A stretch of 64,000 nt of DNA from Candidatus Micrarchaeota archaeon (lineage in GTDB: Archaea; Micrarchaeota; Micrarchaeia; Anstonellales; Bilamarchaeaceae), in contig JBDRPL010000019.1 of the NCBI GenBank assembly GCA_043827025.1, forward strand, positions 24,273 through 88,272, read 5' to 3'. Within the stretch, counting starts at the first letter, position 1; each line of letters starts with the position of its first letter. Positions 18,894 to 26,455 of this stretch are shown piece after piece. The notes under the pieces were generated by a model. That model searched no databases. It was not told the origin of the DNA and worked only from the letters and a program-made list of their open reading frames with translations. The translations under genes were made by a program, and so were the position numbers.

Positions 18894-19778
18894 TTATTCC
18901 AGGTGCTGAATTATAGCAGTTCCAGGCGCAAGTTGTATAAGCTGGGCTATATGATCCCGCCCTGAGCCTAAAAGCATGCCCTGCCAGATGATCTGCGGAG
19001 TAGACACATATTCTTTTATAAGATTAAGATATGCCTGTGCATGTCGGTCAAAATCCACATTAGCCACTCCTTTTGCAAGGATTTCCTGGATCGTATCAAG
19101 GATAGGGTGCTGGAATTCCGTTGCTTCTACGATTACGTCACAATTCCTTTCCCTGAGCATATGGGCCAAAGCTACTTGCATCGAATCCCTAACCACAATC
19201 CCGAACCCATCTTCAGGAACTGTATTAATTATATATTCTGCACTGAGCGCAGACCTGACCATGCTTGCTTCACAATAATTAAGAACTACAAGCATTGCGT
19301 AATATACTGATTCTGGAGATGAAGGCGATTTGAGAAGGAGTTGTGTGGCATTCCCCATCTCATCTTCCAATTCAAAACTTCTTGCATCGTGCGGTTCGCC
19401 AATAATCTGTATTCTTCCTGGATTTTCTTCATTTACAGTGTGAACTAGGTTTCCGCATCCATATGGGATATTTTGCGAATGAGGGTTGTTTGAGATGAGC
19501 GTTCTTTCCAGTTGTGAGGCTTCTGATTCTGTGACAAACCTTAATTTCTCTTCAAGTGTAAGATTTCTCCAGGACATATCCCTTTCTGTTCCGTGTTGCC
19601 ACATGGCACCTATACGTGTTAATTCCAATCGGGCAAGGGGTGGTTTTTCAATAAATAATCCGAAATTGCCCTGCATTTCCCTAACCGTTGCCTCTAGTTG
19701 TTTCCTTACAAATCCAGATTCTTGTGTTACATATTCTCTTGCGAATACCAGTTTTATCGTTCTTGTCATTATCATCAC
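18894..19778 (-). CDS. hypothetical protein (294 aa), locally higher GC
   Basis: Long ORF with protein-like composition and no recognised motifs. GC is noticeably above the window average. Confidence 0.4.
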   Translation of the reverse strand: MMIMTRTIKLVFAREYVTQESGFVRKQLEATVREMQGNFGLFIEKPPLARLELTRIGAMWQHGTERDMSWRNLTLEEKLRFVTESEASQLERTLISNNPHSQNIPYGCGNLVHTVNEENPGRIQIIGEPHDARSFELEDEMGNATQLLLKSPSSPESVYYAMLVVLNYCEASMVRSALSAEYIINTVPEDGFGIVVRDSMQVALAHMLRERNCDVIVEATEFQHPILDTIQEILAKGVANVDFDRHAQAYLNLIKEYVSTPQIIWQGMLLGSGRDHIAQLIQLAPGTAIIQHLE

Positions 19779-19839
19779 TTGTGGTAGAACCTAGAAACAT
19801 ATCGAAAGATTCATAAGGTTACTTAATCTGAAGGATAGG

Positions 19840-19847
19840 TTTAAAAA
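19840..19847 (+). promoter_or_regulatory. BRE/TATA module (GAAGGATAGG-TTTAAAAA) about 215 nt upstream of tuf
   Basis: It matches the BRE/TATA module seen upstream of two other genes in this window (AAAGGGAAGG-TTTAAAAAG). The orientation implied by the purine-rich BRE is toward tuf. Confidence 0.35.
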
Positions 19848-19898
19848 CTAATTTGTGTAAGAGAGTTATGCTTTTTTCTATAGAGAAAAGTCGATACA

Positions 19899-19979
19899 GT
19901 GATCCATATGGATCACTTATTCTCATGCTGCGATTGTCACAACGATCACGGGCACAAAAGAAACAGATCGCTGTTTCTT
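19899..19979 (+). promoter_or_regulatory. cluster of perfect palindromes/hairpins in the putative tuf leader (GTGATCCATATGGATCAC; GATTGT-caca-ACGATC; AAGAAACAG-atcg-CTGTTTCTT)
   Basis: Seen directly: an 18-bp perfect palindrome at 19899-19916 and a 9-bp-stem hairpin at 19958-19979. The region lies between the TATA at 19840 and the tuf ATG at 20065. Confidence 0.4.
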
Positions 19980-20064
19980 TACGTCCAACATCTGAAAAGT
20001 TAGTTGGATGAGAATGGCAGTACGCTAGCAGTATTGCAAATGTTATATTAAGGAGGTTATTTGA

Positions 20065-21348
20065 ATGGCAGAAAAAGAACACTTGAATCTTGTATTTATT
20101 GGACATGTCGACGCAGGTAAGTCGACATCAGTTGGTAGGATCCTGTACGAAACAGGCGCAGTCTCAGAACAGGCTTTGAAAAAGCTGAAGGATGAAGCTG
20201 CAAAGGTCGGTAAGGCGACTTTTGAATTCGCATTCGTCATGGATGAATTGGCAGAAGAAAGAAAGAGAGGTGTCACAATCGATGTTGCACACAGGGAATT
20301 CAATACTTCCAAGTATTACTTTACAATCATTGATGCACCAGGACACAGAGATTTCGTCAAGAACATGATCACAGGTACAAGCCAGGCAGATGCAGCAGTC
20401 TTGGTAATCTCTGCAAAAGACGGAGTACAGCCACAGACAAAGGAGCACGCATTCTTGGCAAAGGTTCTTGGTATTTCTCAGTTGATTGTGAATATCAACA
20501 AGATGGATGCAGTTAACTACAGCCAGGACGAATTCAACAAGGTAAAAGGCGAAGTTGAAAAGCTCTTGAAAGGCATTGGTTACAAGATAGAAACCGTTGC
20601 TATTATTCCATGTTCAAGTTATGGTGGAGACAACATCACAAAGAAATCTCCTAATATGCCTTGGTATACCGGTCCAACATTAATCGAATTGTTCGATAAG
20701 TTGACAGTTCCTCCAAAATTAGACAACCTTGCTTTGAGAATGCCGATACAGGAAGTCTTTTCTATTACAGGACACGGCGTTGTTCCAGTAGGAAGAGTTG
20801 AGACGGGTATCTTGAAGCCAGGTATGGCTATTTGTTTCATGCCAAGCGGAAAGAAGTCTGAAGTTAAGAAAATCGAGATGCACCACCAGGAACTAAAAGA
20901 AGCAAAAAGCGGTGACAATGTTGGTTTCAACGTAAAAGGCGTTGAAAAGGCAGATGTAAAGAGGGGAGATGTTATTGGCCCTGCAGACAAGCCACCAACA
21001 GTTGCAGCTGAATTCACAGCACAGATTGTGGTTCTTAATCATCCAACAGCACTTTCAGTAGGTTACACGCCTGTGTTTCACATTCACACTGCACAATTCG
21101 CAGGAAGAGTGGTGGAGATCATAGAAAAGAAGGATCCTAAGACAGGCCAGCCTACAAAAGAAAATCTTGATTTCATCAAGACGGGTGAAGCTGCAGTCAT
21201 AAGGGTTCAGCCTATGAAACCTGTTGTTATTGAGAAATTCAGCGAGTTCAGGCCTCTTGGAAGATTCGCAATCAGAGACATGGGTCAGACTGTCGCAGCA
21301 GGCGTAGTCTTGAGCGTAACTCCGAAAGTAATGGAAGAGAAGAAGTAG
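20065..21348 (+). CDS. tuf: translation elongation factor 1-alpha (aEF-1alpha)
   Basis: [17 protein letters not shown] and NKMD G-domain motifs. 427 aa. A strong SD (AGGAGG) lies upstream. Confidence 0.95.
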   Translation: MAEKEHLNLVFIGHVDAGKSTSVGRILYETGAVSEQALKKLKDEAAKVGKATFEFAFVMDELAEERKRGVTIDVAHREFNTSKYYFTIIDAPGHRDFVKNMITGTSQADAAVLVISAKDGVQPQTKEHAFLAKVLGISQLIVNINKMDAVNYSQDEFNKVKGEVEKLLKGIGYKIETVAIIPCSSYGGDNITKKSPNMPWYTGPTLIELFDKLTVPPKLDNLALRMPIQEVFSITGHGVVPVGRVETGILKPGMAICFMPSGKKSEVKKIEMHHQELKEAKSGDNVGFNVKGVEKADVKRGDVIGPADKPPTVAAEFTAQIVVLNHPTALSVGYTPVFHIHTAQFAGRVVEIIEKKDPKTGQPTKENLDFIKTGEAAVIRVQPMKPVVIEKFSEFRPLGRFAIRDMGQTVAAGVVLSVTPKVMEEKK

Positions 21349-21463
21349 TTTCTTCTATTTTCTTATTTTTATTTTATTTTATTTCTCTGTTTTTTGTATT
21401 TTCGAATTCTATCCAAGCCAATAAATCTACTATTTTTAACCCTTTTGCAACAAACACCATATA

Positions 21464-22777
21464 GTGTTTTATATGTTCAGTACTGTAGCTGATGTTTTAT
21501 CTGGAAAAATGGAAGGCAAAGAGGTTCATCTTAGGGGATGGATACACAGGCACAGGATTGGAGGGGCAGGTTCACTTGTTTTTGCAGTAATTCGCGATTC
21601 GACAGGAGTAGTCCAGGTTGCAATCAAAAAAGAAAATGTTGATGAGAAATCGTTCAAGGATGCAAGCGAAGCCTATGTCGAATCTTCTGTATTTCTGTCT
21701 GGGAAAGCTGTCAAAGACGCAAGGGCGCCAGGAGGATATGAAATACAGGCAAGGGAATTCGAAACCGTTTGCAGAGGCGAACCATTCCCTGTTGCAAAAG
21801 ATCTTTCGGAAGAATATCTTCTGGACATAAGGCATCTTTGGCTAAGGAGCCAGAAGCTTACCAAGACGATGCAGATAAGAAGCACAGTGGTTTATGCTAT
21901 CCACGAGTTTTTCCAGAAACGCAGTTATACTTTGTTCGATCCGCCAATATTTACTCCAAATGCATGCGAAGGCGGGGCAACACTGTTTGAGGTAAAATAT
22001 TTTGATACTAAAATGTACCTTACTCAATCGTGGCAGCTTTATGCAGAAGCTGCTATTTTTGCACTTGGAAAGATATACGATGTTGCACCTACCTTCAGGG
22101 CTGAGAAGAGCAAGACCTCCAGGCATCTGGCTGAGTTTTGGATGGCTGAGATGGAAGCTCCGTGGATGGAGCTGAAAGAGGTTACAGAGGTTGCAAAAGA
22201 TGAGATCAAGTTTATTGTCGAGAAAGTCCTTGAAAAACATACAGAAGACCTTAAGTTCTTGGGAAGGGATGTGGAAAAATTGAAGAAAGCAATATCAAAA
22301 CCATTTCCAACAATCAAATATTCTGAAGTATTGAAGATGTTGAAGGAAAAAGACAACCTGGAAGTAGCTTGGGGCAAGGATCTTCGGACAATCGAAGAGG
22401 AGAAGATTATGACTCATTTCGATACTCCTATTGTAGTGACTCATTATCCAAAAGAAATAATGGCATTTTACAAGCCTGTTGACCCCAAGAATCCAAAGGA
22501 GGCGCTTTGCTTTGACATGCTTGCTCCGGAAGGCTTTGGGGAAATTGTGGGTGGAAGCCAGAGATGCATTGACATCAAGGAAATCGAAAAAGGACTCAAG
22601 AAAGAAGGCGAGAACATCGAAAATTACCAATGGTATCTTGACCTTAGAAAGTATGGTTCCGTTCCCCATTCCGGCTATGGAGTTGGAGTCGAACGGGTAG
22701 TGAGATGGATCTGCGGTTCTGAAAATATAAAAGATGCGATTGCATTCCCGCGGACAATGGCAAGGTTTAAGCCATGA
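21464..22777 (+). CDS. asnS: asparaginyl-tRNA synthetase
   Basis: Class IIb aaRS with an N-terminal OB fold. Motif 2 FRAEKSKTSRHLAEFWMAEMEA is AsnRS-like. Motif 3 GSVPHSGYGVGVERVVRWI...FPR. 437 aa. Confidence 0.75.
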   Translation: MFYMFSTVADVLSGKMEGKEVHLRGWIHRHRIGGAGSLVFAVIRDSTGVVQVAIKKENVDEKSFKDASEAYVESSVFLSGKAVKDARAPGGYEIQAREFETVCRGEPFPVAKDLSEEYLLDIRHLWLRSQKLTKTMQIRSTVVYAIHEFFQKRSYTLFDPPIFTPNACEGGATLFEVKYFDTKMYLTQSWQLYAEAAIFALGKIYDVAPTFRAEKSKTSRHLAEFWMAEMEAPWMELKEVTEVAKDEIKFIVEKVLEKHTEDLKFLGRDVEKLKKAISKPFPTIKYSEVLKMLKEKDNLEVAWGKDLRTIEEEKIMTHFDTPIVVTHYPKEIMAFYKPVDPKNPKEALCFDMLAPEGFGEIVGGSQRCIDIKEIEKGLKKEGENIENYQWYLDLRKYGSVPHSGYGVGVERVVRWICGSENIKDAIAFPRTMARFKP

Positions 22778-22855
22778 TTTTTTTGACTATTCAAAAAAGT
22801 TTTGTTAACTGTTGTGACAGTTATTTTTAAATTTAACCACTTATTATTCTAGGTT

Positions 22856-24535
22856 ATGGCCCAATTAGCAATCAGACGCATTCAGCCTCACGACCTGCCA
22901 GATTCAAGCTTTGGTGGAAAAGCATTTGGTATGAGAAAATTGGCAGTTTGGCTGCCAGATCTTCAGAATGCAGTAGGTAAGGTCAATCCAAGTGCAAGTG
23001 TTTTTGTTCCTGCCACTATTGAAATTCCTGTTGAGGGTTGCAGATCATTTATCCTTGGTCATCAGAAGGTCTTGAGAAGCCTTCGTGATGCTAAGGATGA
23101 TGAGCTTTTTTCTATAATGCAAAGCCATAAATTATCTGCAGTAACTGGACTTTCATGGTTACTTAATGGTCTTAAGGCAGAGCTTGCCCAGGATCCTTTT
23201 GCAAATGCATCTGCATTGGCCATTCGCTCAAGTGCAATTGGTGAAGACAGTGCAAAGGATCCAAGGGCAGGCATTTATTCGACTGTTTCAATGGCTTTGC
23301 CGCAAGGGACTCCTAAAGACAGATTAAAGGCAGTGCTTGATGGCGTAAAAGGTGTTTGGGCATCTTTTTTCAGTCAGCTTGCCAGAACGTATGTGGGTAA
23401 TGAGCATGAGATTTGGACTCCTGGAGAGGGAGGCATGGGTGTCATCATCCAGCCAATAGTTGGTTCTCGCTTTTCTACAGATGGGGCGCAATTTTTTGCA
23501 CCGCATTGCGCAGGCCAGTTTTGTTCAGTCGATCCTTATATAAAATTATTTTCCAATCCAGTTGTAAGTCTTGTTTTTGGGCATGGAACTACAGTTGTTG
23601 ATGGTGAAGTAATCCCACAGACACTTCACCTGGTTGACAAAACAGGCAATAACCAAGAAGGAATAGATCAACCATTTGCTCGCGCAATTGATCTTTCAGT
23701 TGTTGATGGGTCAGATGCGCTCAGGAGAATTCATCTTATGGGAAACCTTCGAACAATTCTGTCACAAGATCCTGGTTTTGAACTGGCTCTTGAATACAGT
23801 TCACCTAAGCTCGGCAAGGCACCATACGTTAACATTAAGAGATTGCTTTCATTAGGCATAGAAGGTGTGCTGTTTGCAATTCACAATAAACTAAGGTCTT
23901 TCATGGATGGCTCAGTTGATGTGGAATTCGCATTAATGTCTGGAAAAGAACCTGGAAATTGGGAGATACATTTGGTTCAGGTAAGGCGTGATGTAACCGT
24001 TGATGCTTCAAGCCAAATGGTCCTGCCTGCAGAATCCGGAGCAATTGAATCCAGCGTTTTCGTAGGTCACGGAATTAATGAAGGAATACGAAAGATAGTT
24101 GTTTTAGATGAAAACACAATTCCGAATCAGCAATTCTGGGATTCATTAAGGAAACTGAACGAATTAGCTTCTGGAGATGGCGCACTACTTATTACCTCGG
24201 GAATTGCAGGCACCTCTAACCCTAAGCTTGGCATTCCATTTAATTTTACCCATGTTTCCCATTTTTCATGCATACTCGAAGGCAAGAGAAATGGCAAAGT
24301 GATTGCCTCATCTCCTGCAACTCATTTTCTGAGAGGCTTGATTTCAAAGAAAATAGTTTTTGGTTGTGTTGATGGTGACAGAGGAGCAGTTGATCTTGAA
24401 CAGATTAAGCAGAGTTCATCGCATATTGAAAGAGTAGGGCAGTACATAACTGTTTATACGTTGGAAATTCCAGCAACACTTTACGCAAACAAGAATCTTG
24501 AGTTTGGACCGGTAAGGCTTTCGCTGCAGCTCTAG
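22856..24535 (+). CDS. PEP synthase/PPDK N-terminal (ATP-grasp, PPDK_N)-like protein with a degenerate swivel-like motif
   Basis: GGKAFGMRKL near the N-terminus, AIRSSAIGEDSA...AGIYSTV (matches the VRSSAxxED...FAGqqdT signature) and EGGMGVIIQPIV. In the C-terminal part, LLITSGIAGTSNPKLGIP resembles the GG.TSHAAI phosphohistidine motif but with Asn in place of His. There is no PEP-binding TIM barrel; 559 aa. Confidence 0.5.
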   Translation: MAQLAIRRIQPHDLPDSSFGGKAFGMRKLAVWLPDLQNAVGKVNPSASVFVPATIEIPVEGCRSFILGHQKVLRSLRDAKDDELFSIMQSHKLSAVTGLSWLLNGLKAELAQDPFANASALAIRSSAIGEDSAKDPRAGIYSTVSMALPQGTPKDRLKAVLDGVKGVWASFFSQLARTYVGNEHEIWTPGEGGMGVIIQPIVGSRFSTDGAQFFAPHCAGQFCSVDPYIKLFSNPVVSLVFGHGTTVVDGEVIPQTLHLVDKTGNNQEGIDQPFARAIDLSVVDGSDALRRIHLMGNLRTILSQDPGFELALEYSSPKLGKAPYVNIKRLLSLGIEGVLFAIHNKLRSFMDGSVDVEFALMSGKEPGNWEIHLVQVRRDVTVDASSQMVLPAESGAIESSVFVGHGINEGIRKIVVLDENTIPNQQFWDSLRKLNELASGDGALLITSGIAGTSNPKLGIPFNFTHVSHFSCILEGKRNGKVIASSPATHFLRGLISKKIVFGCVDGDRGAVDLEQIKQSSSHIERVGQYITVYTLEIPATLYANKNLEFGPVRLSLQL

Positions 24536-24553
24536 GTACTTAGAAAAAGAACA

Positions 24554-24769
24554 TACGCCCCCGTCGGGGATTTCGCTTCGTTTTTTGGTGCCGGTTTTTA
24601 GGCATCCCGAAAAAGCGGCTTCGAACCCGAGTCGGAAGAGGACTGTAAACCTTGGAAAGAGTTGTTTGATGAAACGTTTTCCAAAAAGTTTCTGACAGTC
24701 TCCTATGCTAACCACTGTGTGCTTTGAGTATCTCTAAAAGTACTCAAAACTCTACACTACAGGGGCGTA
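24554..24769 (+). ncRNA. candidate structured ncRNA (~215 nt) with an 8-bp perfect terminal helix, unassigned family; the strand is uncertain
   Basis: Intergenic, with GC well above the flanks. 5' UACGCCCC pairs perfectly with 3' GGGGCGUA. Internal helices include GGUGCC/GGCAUC, GAGACUGU/ACAGUCCUC, UUGGAAA/UUUCCAA, a GUUU-CAUC-AAAC hairpin and CCGA-GU-CGG. A GUCGGAAGAGGAC segment is reminiscent of the SRP helix-8 apex. No coding potential. Confidence 0.35.
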
Positions 24770-24824
24770 GAAACAAAATTATGACTCATTAGTTTTATAA
24801 ATCTATTTTTCGAAGTTACTCTCT

Positions 24825-25541
24825 ATGAAAAAACTCCTTTTATTCCTTGTGGTAATTGCGCTACTGTTTGCTCCTTATCCTCAATATTATGGATATGTGA
24901 ATGATTATGCAAACGTTCTTTCCCCTCAATACAAGGCTGGATTAGAGCAGAAGATCTCCGACTTCGAAAGAAATTCTTCTGTTGAGATTGCAGTTGTCAT
25001 TTTGCCTCAGCTGGCGGATCCAAATGATCCGAAAATTCCTGCCGACATAAATATCTATGCAGCAGAACTCTTCCACGAGTGGAAGATAGGGAAGAAAGGC
25101 GAGGATAATGGTATCCTTCTTTTGATTGCCATGAATGACAAAAAGCTTAGGCTAGAAGTAGGTTATGGGCTTGAAGGCACTATTCCAGATACAATTGCAA
25201 AAAAGATAATTGATAATGAAATAACCCCTTATTTCAAGGAGGGTAGGTATGATGAAGGTGTCATGAATGGAGTTGATAAAATTATCGAAACCATACAAAA
25301 AAAAGGTTATACTCCAACTGTAAAGAAAGATGACGAGGACTTCATGTGCTTCCTTGCAGTATTCCTTGGCATTTTCCTTTTCATAATTATCATCTTTGTA
25401 ATCACCATGAAGTATGGCAAGGGCGGAGGCTATAGTCACGGAGGGGGTGGCTGGTCTTCTGGCAGAGGACATTCCTCAGGAGGGGGCCACAGTTTCGGAG
25501 GCGGATTCTCCGGCGGTGGAGGGTCATCAGGCGGATGGTAA
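24825..25541 (+). CDS. TPM-domain (YgcG-like) protein with a C-terminal TM helix and Gly-rich tail
   Basis: Signal/TM N-terminus, then TPM-domain motifs (YVNDYANVLS...VEIAVVIL...GILLLIAMNDKKLRLEVGYGLEG), a C-terminal TM and a GGGxSxGGG tail. Confidence 0.7.
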   Translation: MKKLLLFLVVIALLFAPYPQYYGYVNDYANVLSPQYKAGLEQKISDFERNSSVEIAVVILPQLADPNDPKIPADINIYAAELFHEWKIGKKGEDNGILLLIAMNDKKLRLEVGYGLEGTIPDTIAKKIIDNEITPYFKEGRYDEGVMNGVDKIIETIQKKGYTPTVKKDDEDFMCFLAVFLGIFLFIIIIFVITMKYGKGGGYSHGGGGWSSGRGHSSGGGHSFGGGFSGGGGSSGGW

Positions 25542-25780
25542 TTCTTCATTCCACTAAAAAAGATTTACTCCTGATTTTTGCTGCGCTTGCAGTTGGTGCA
25601 TTGATTTGGTTTTATGATTTTGCGTTGCTGACTATCATACTTTTTGTTTTACTTCTCTTATTCGTGCTGTTCCTCGTTTTCAAAGGCAAGGGCAGTCGTG
25701 GAGGCAGAGGCTGGTCATCAGGCGGCTCAAGTTTTGGCGGTGGAAGATCAGGCGGCGGCGGAGCATCAGGCAGATGGTAG
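25535..25780 (+). CDS. small membrane protein duplicating the TM+Gly-rich tail of the upstream TPM protein
   Basis: 81 aa: TM helix (LTIILFVLLLLFVLFLVF), then KGKGSRGGRGWSSGGSSFGGGRSGGGGASGRW, closely paralleling the last ~60 aa of the TPM protein. Overlaps the TPM gene's stop. Confidence 0.35.
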   Translation: MVILHSTKKDLLLIFAALAVGALIWFYDFALLTIILFVLLLLFVLFLVFKGKGSRGGRGWSSGGSSFGGGRSGGGGASGRW

Positions 25781-25823
25781 GATTTTTAAATAATGATTAT
25801 AATATCTATGTGAGGATGATTCA

Positions 25824-26420
25824 ATGGCAGATACTAAATTAGGAGGAGCAGGCACGATTATAGTCGTTGCAGTCCTGCTGGTAATCATATTGGTACTTTC
25901 TATAGCGTTGGTCAGCGTCTATAATAATTTCATAAAGCTCAATACTGAGGCTGACAATAGGTGGGCATATGTTCAGACTGTTTATCAGGAAAGATTCGAT
26001 CTTATACCGAGAATCGTACAGTCCGTAACTGCTCAAACAAAGGCTGAGAAAGATATATTGGATGGAATCGCGAATGCGAGAACTAATTACATGAATGCGA
26101 AGACTGTTGACGGACAGGTTGCCGCAGCGCAACAGCTGGACAATGTTTTTCTCAAGTTGAATGCACTGTCAATTACGGAAAACTATCCTAATGTGCAGTT
26201 TGCGCAGGCATTTGCAGACTTCCGAACTATCTATGAAGGCCAGGAAAACAGGATAAGGGTCGAGAGAAATCGCTACAATGAGGCAATAAAAGAATACAAT
26301 GTGGCTGTTTTGACCTTCCCGGGAAACTTCATGGCAGGTATATTCGGTTTCCAGAAGAGAATGATGTTCGAAGCACAGCAAGGAGCAGAGAATGCACCTG
26401 ATCTGAACTTCAACATCTAA
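25824..26420 (+). CDS. lemA: LemA-family protein
   Basis: N-terminal TM and LemA-like motifs (YNNFIKL...RWAYVQTVYQERFDLIPRIV...NYPNVQFAQAFADF). 198 aa. Commonly paired with TPM proteins. Confidence 0.8.
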   Translation: MADTKLGGAGTIIVVAVLLVIILVLSIALVSVYNNFIKLNTEADNRWAYVQTVYQERFDLIPRIVQSVTAQTKAEKDILDGIANARTNYMNAKTVDGQVAAAQQLDNVFLKLNALSITENYPNVQFAQAFADFRTIYEGQENRIRVERNRYNEAIKEYNVAVLTFPGNFMAGIFGFQKRMMFEAQQGAENAPDLNFNI

Positions 26421-26455
26421 TCTTTTTCTTATTTTCTTCTGGTCTGTTTAGGTCA

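Noticed and set aside
24416-24715. 99-aa minus-strand ORF overlapping the GC-rich intergenic region
   Set aside because: It overlaps the 3' end of the upstream gene and the strongly base-paired region. The sequence is better explained as structured RNA.
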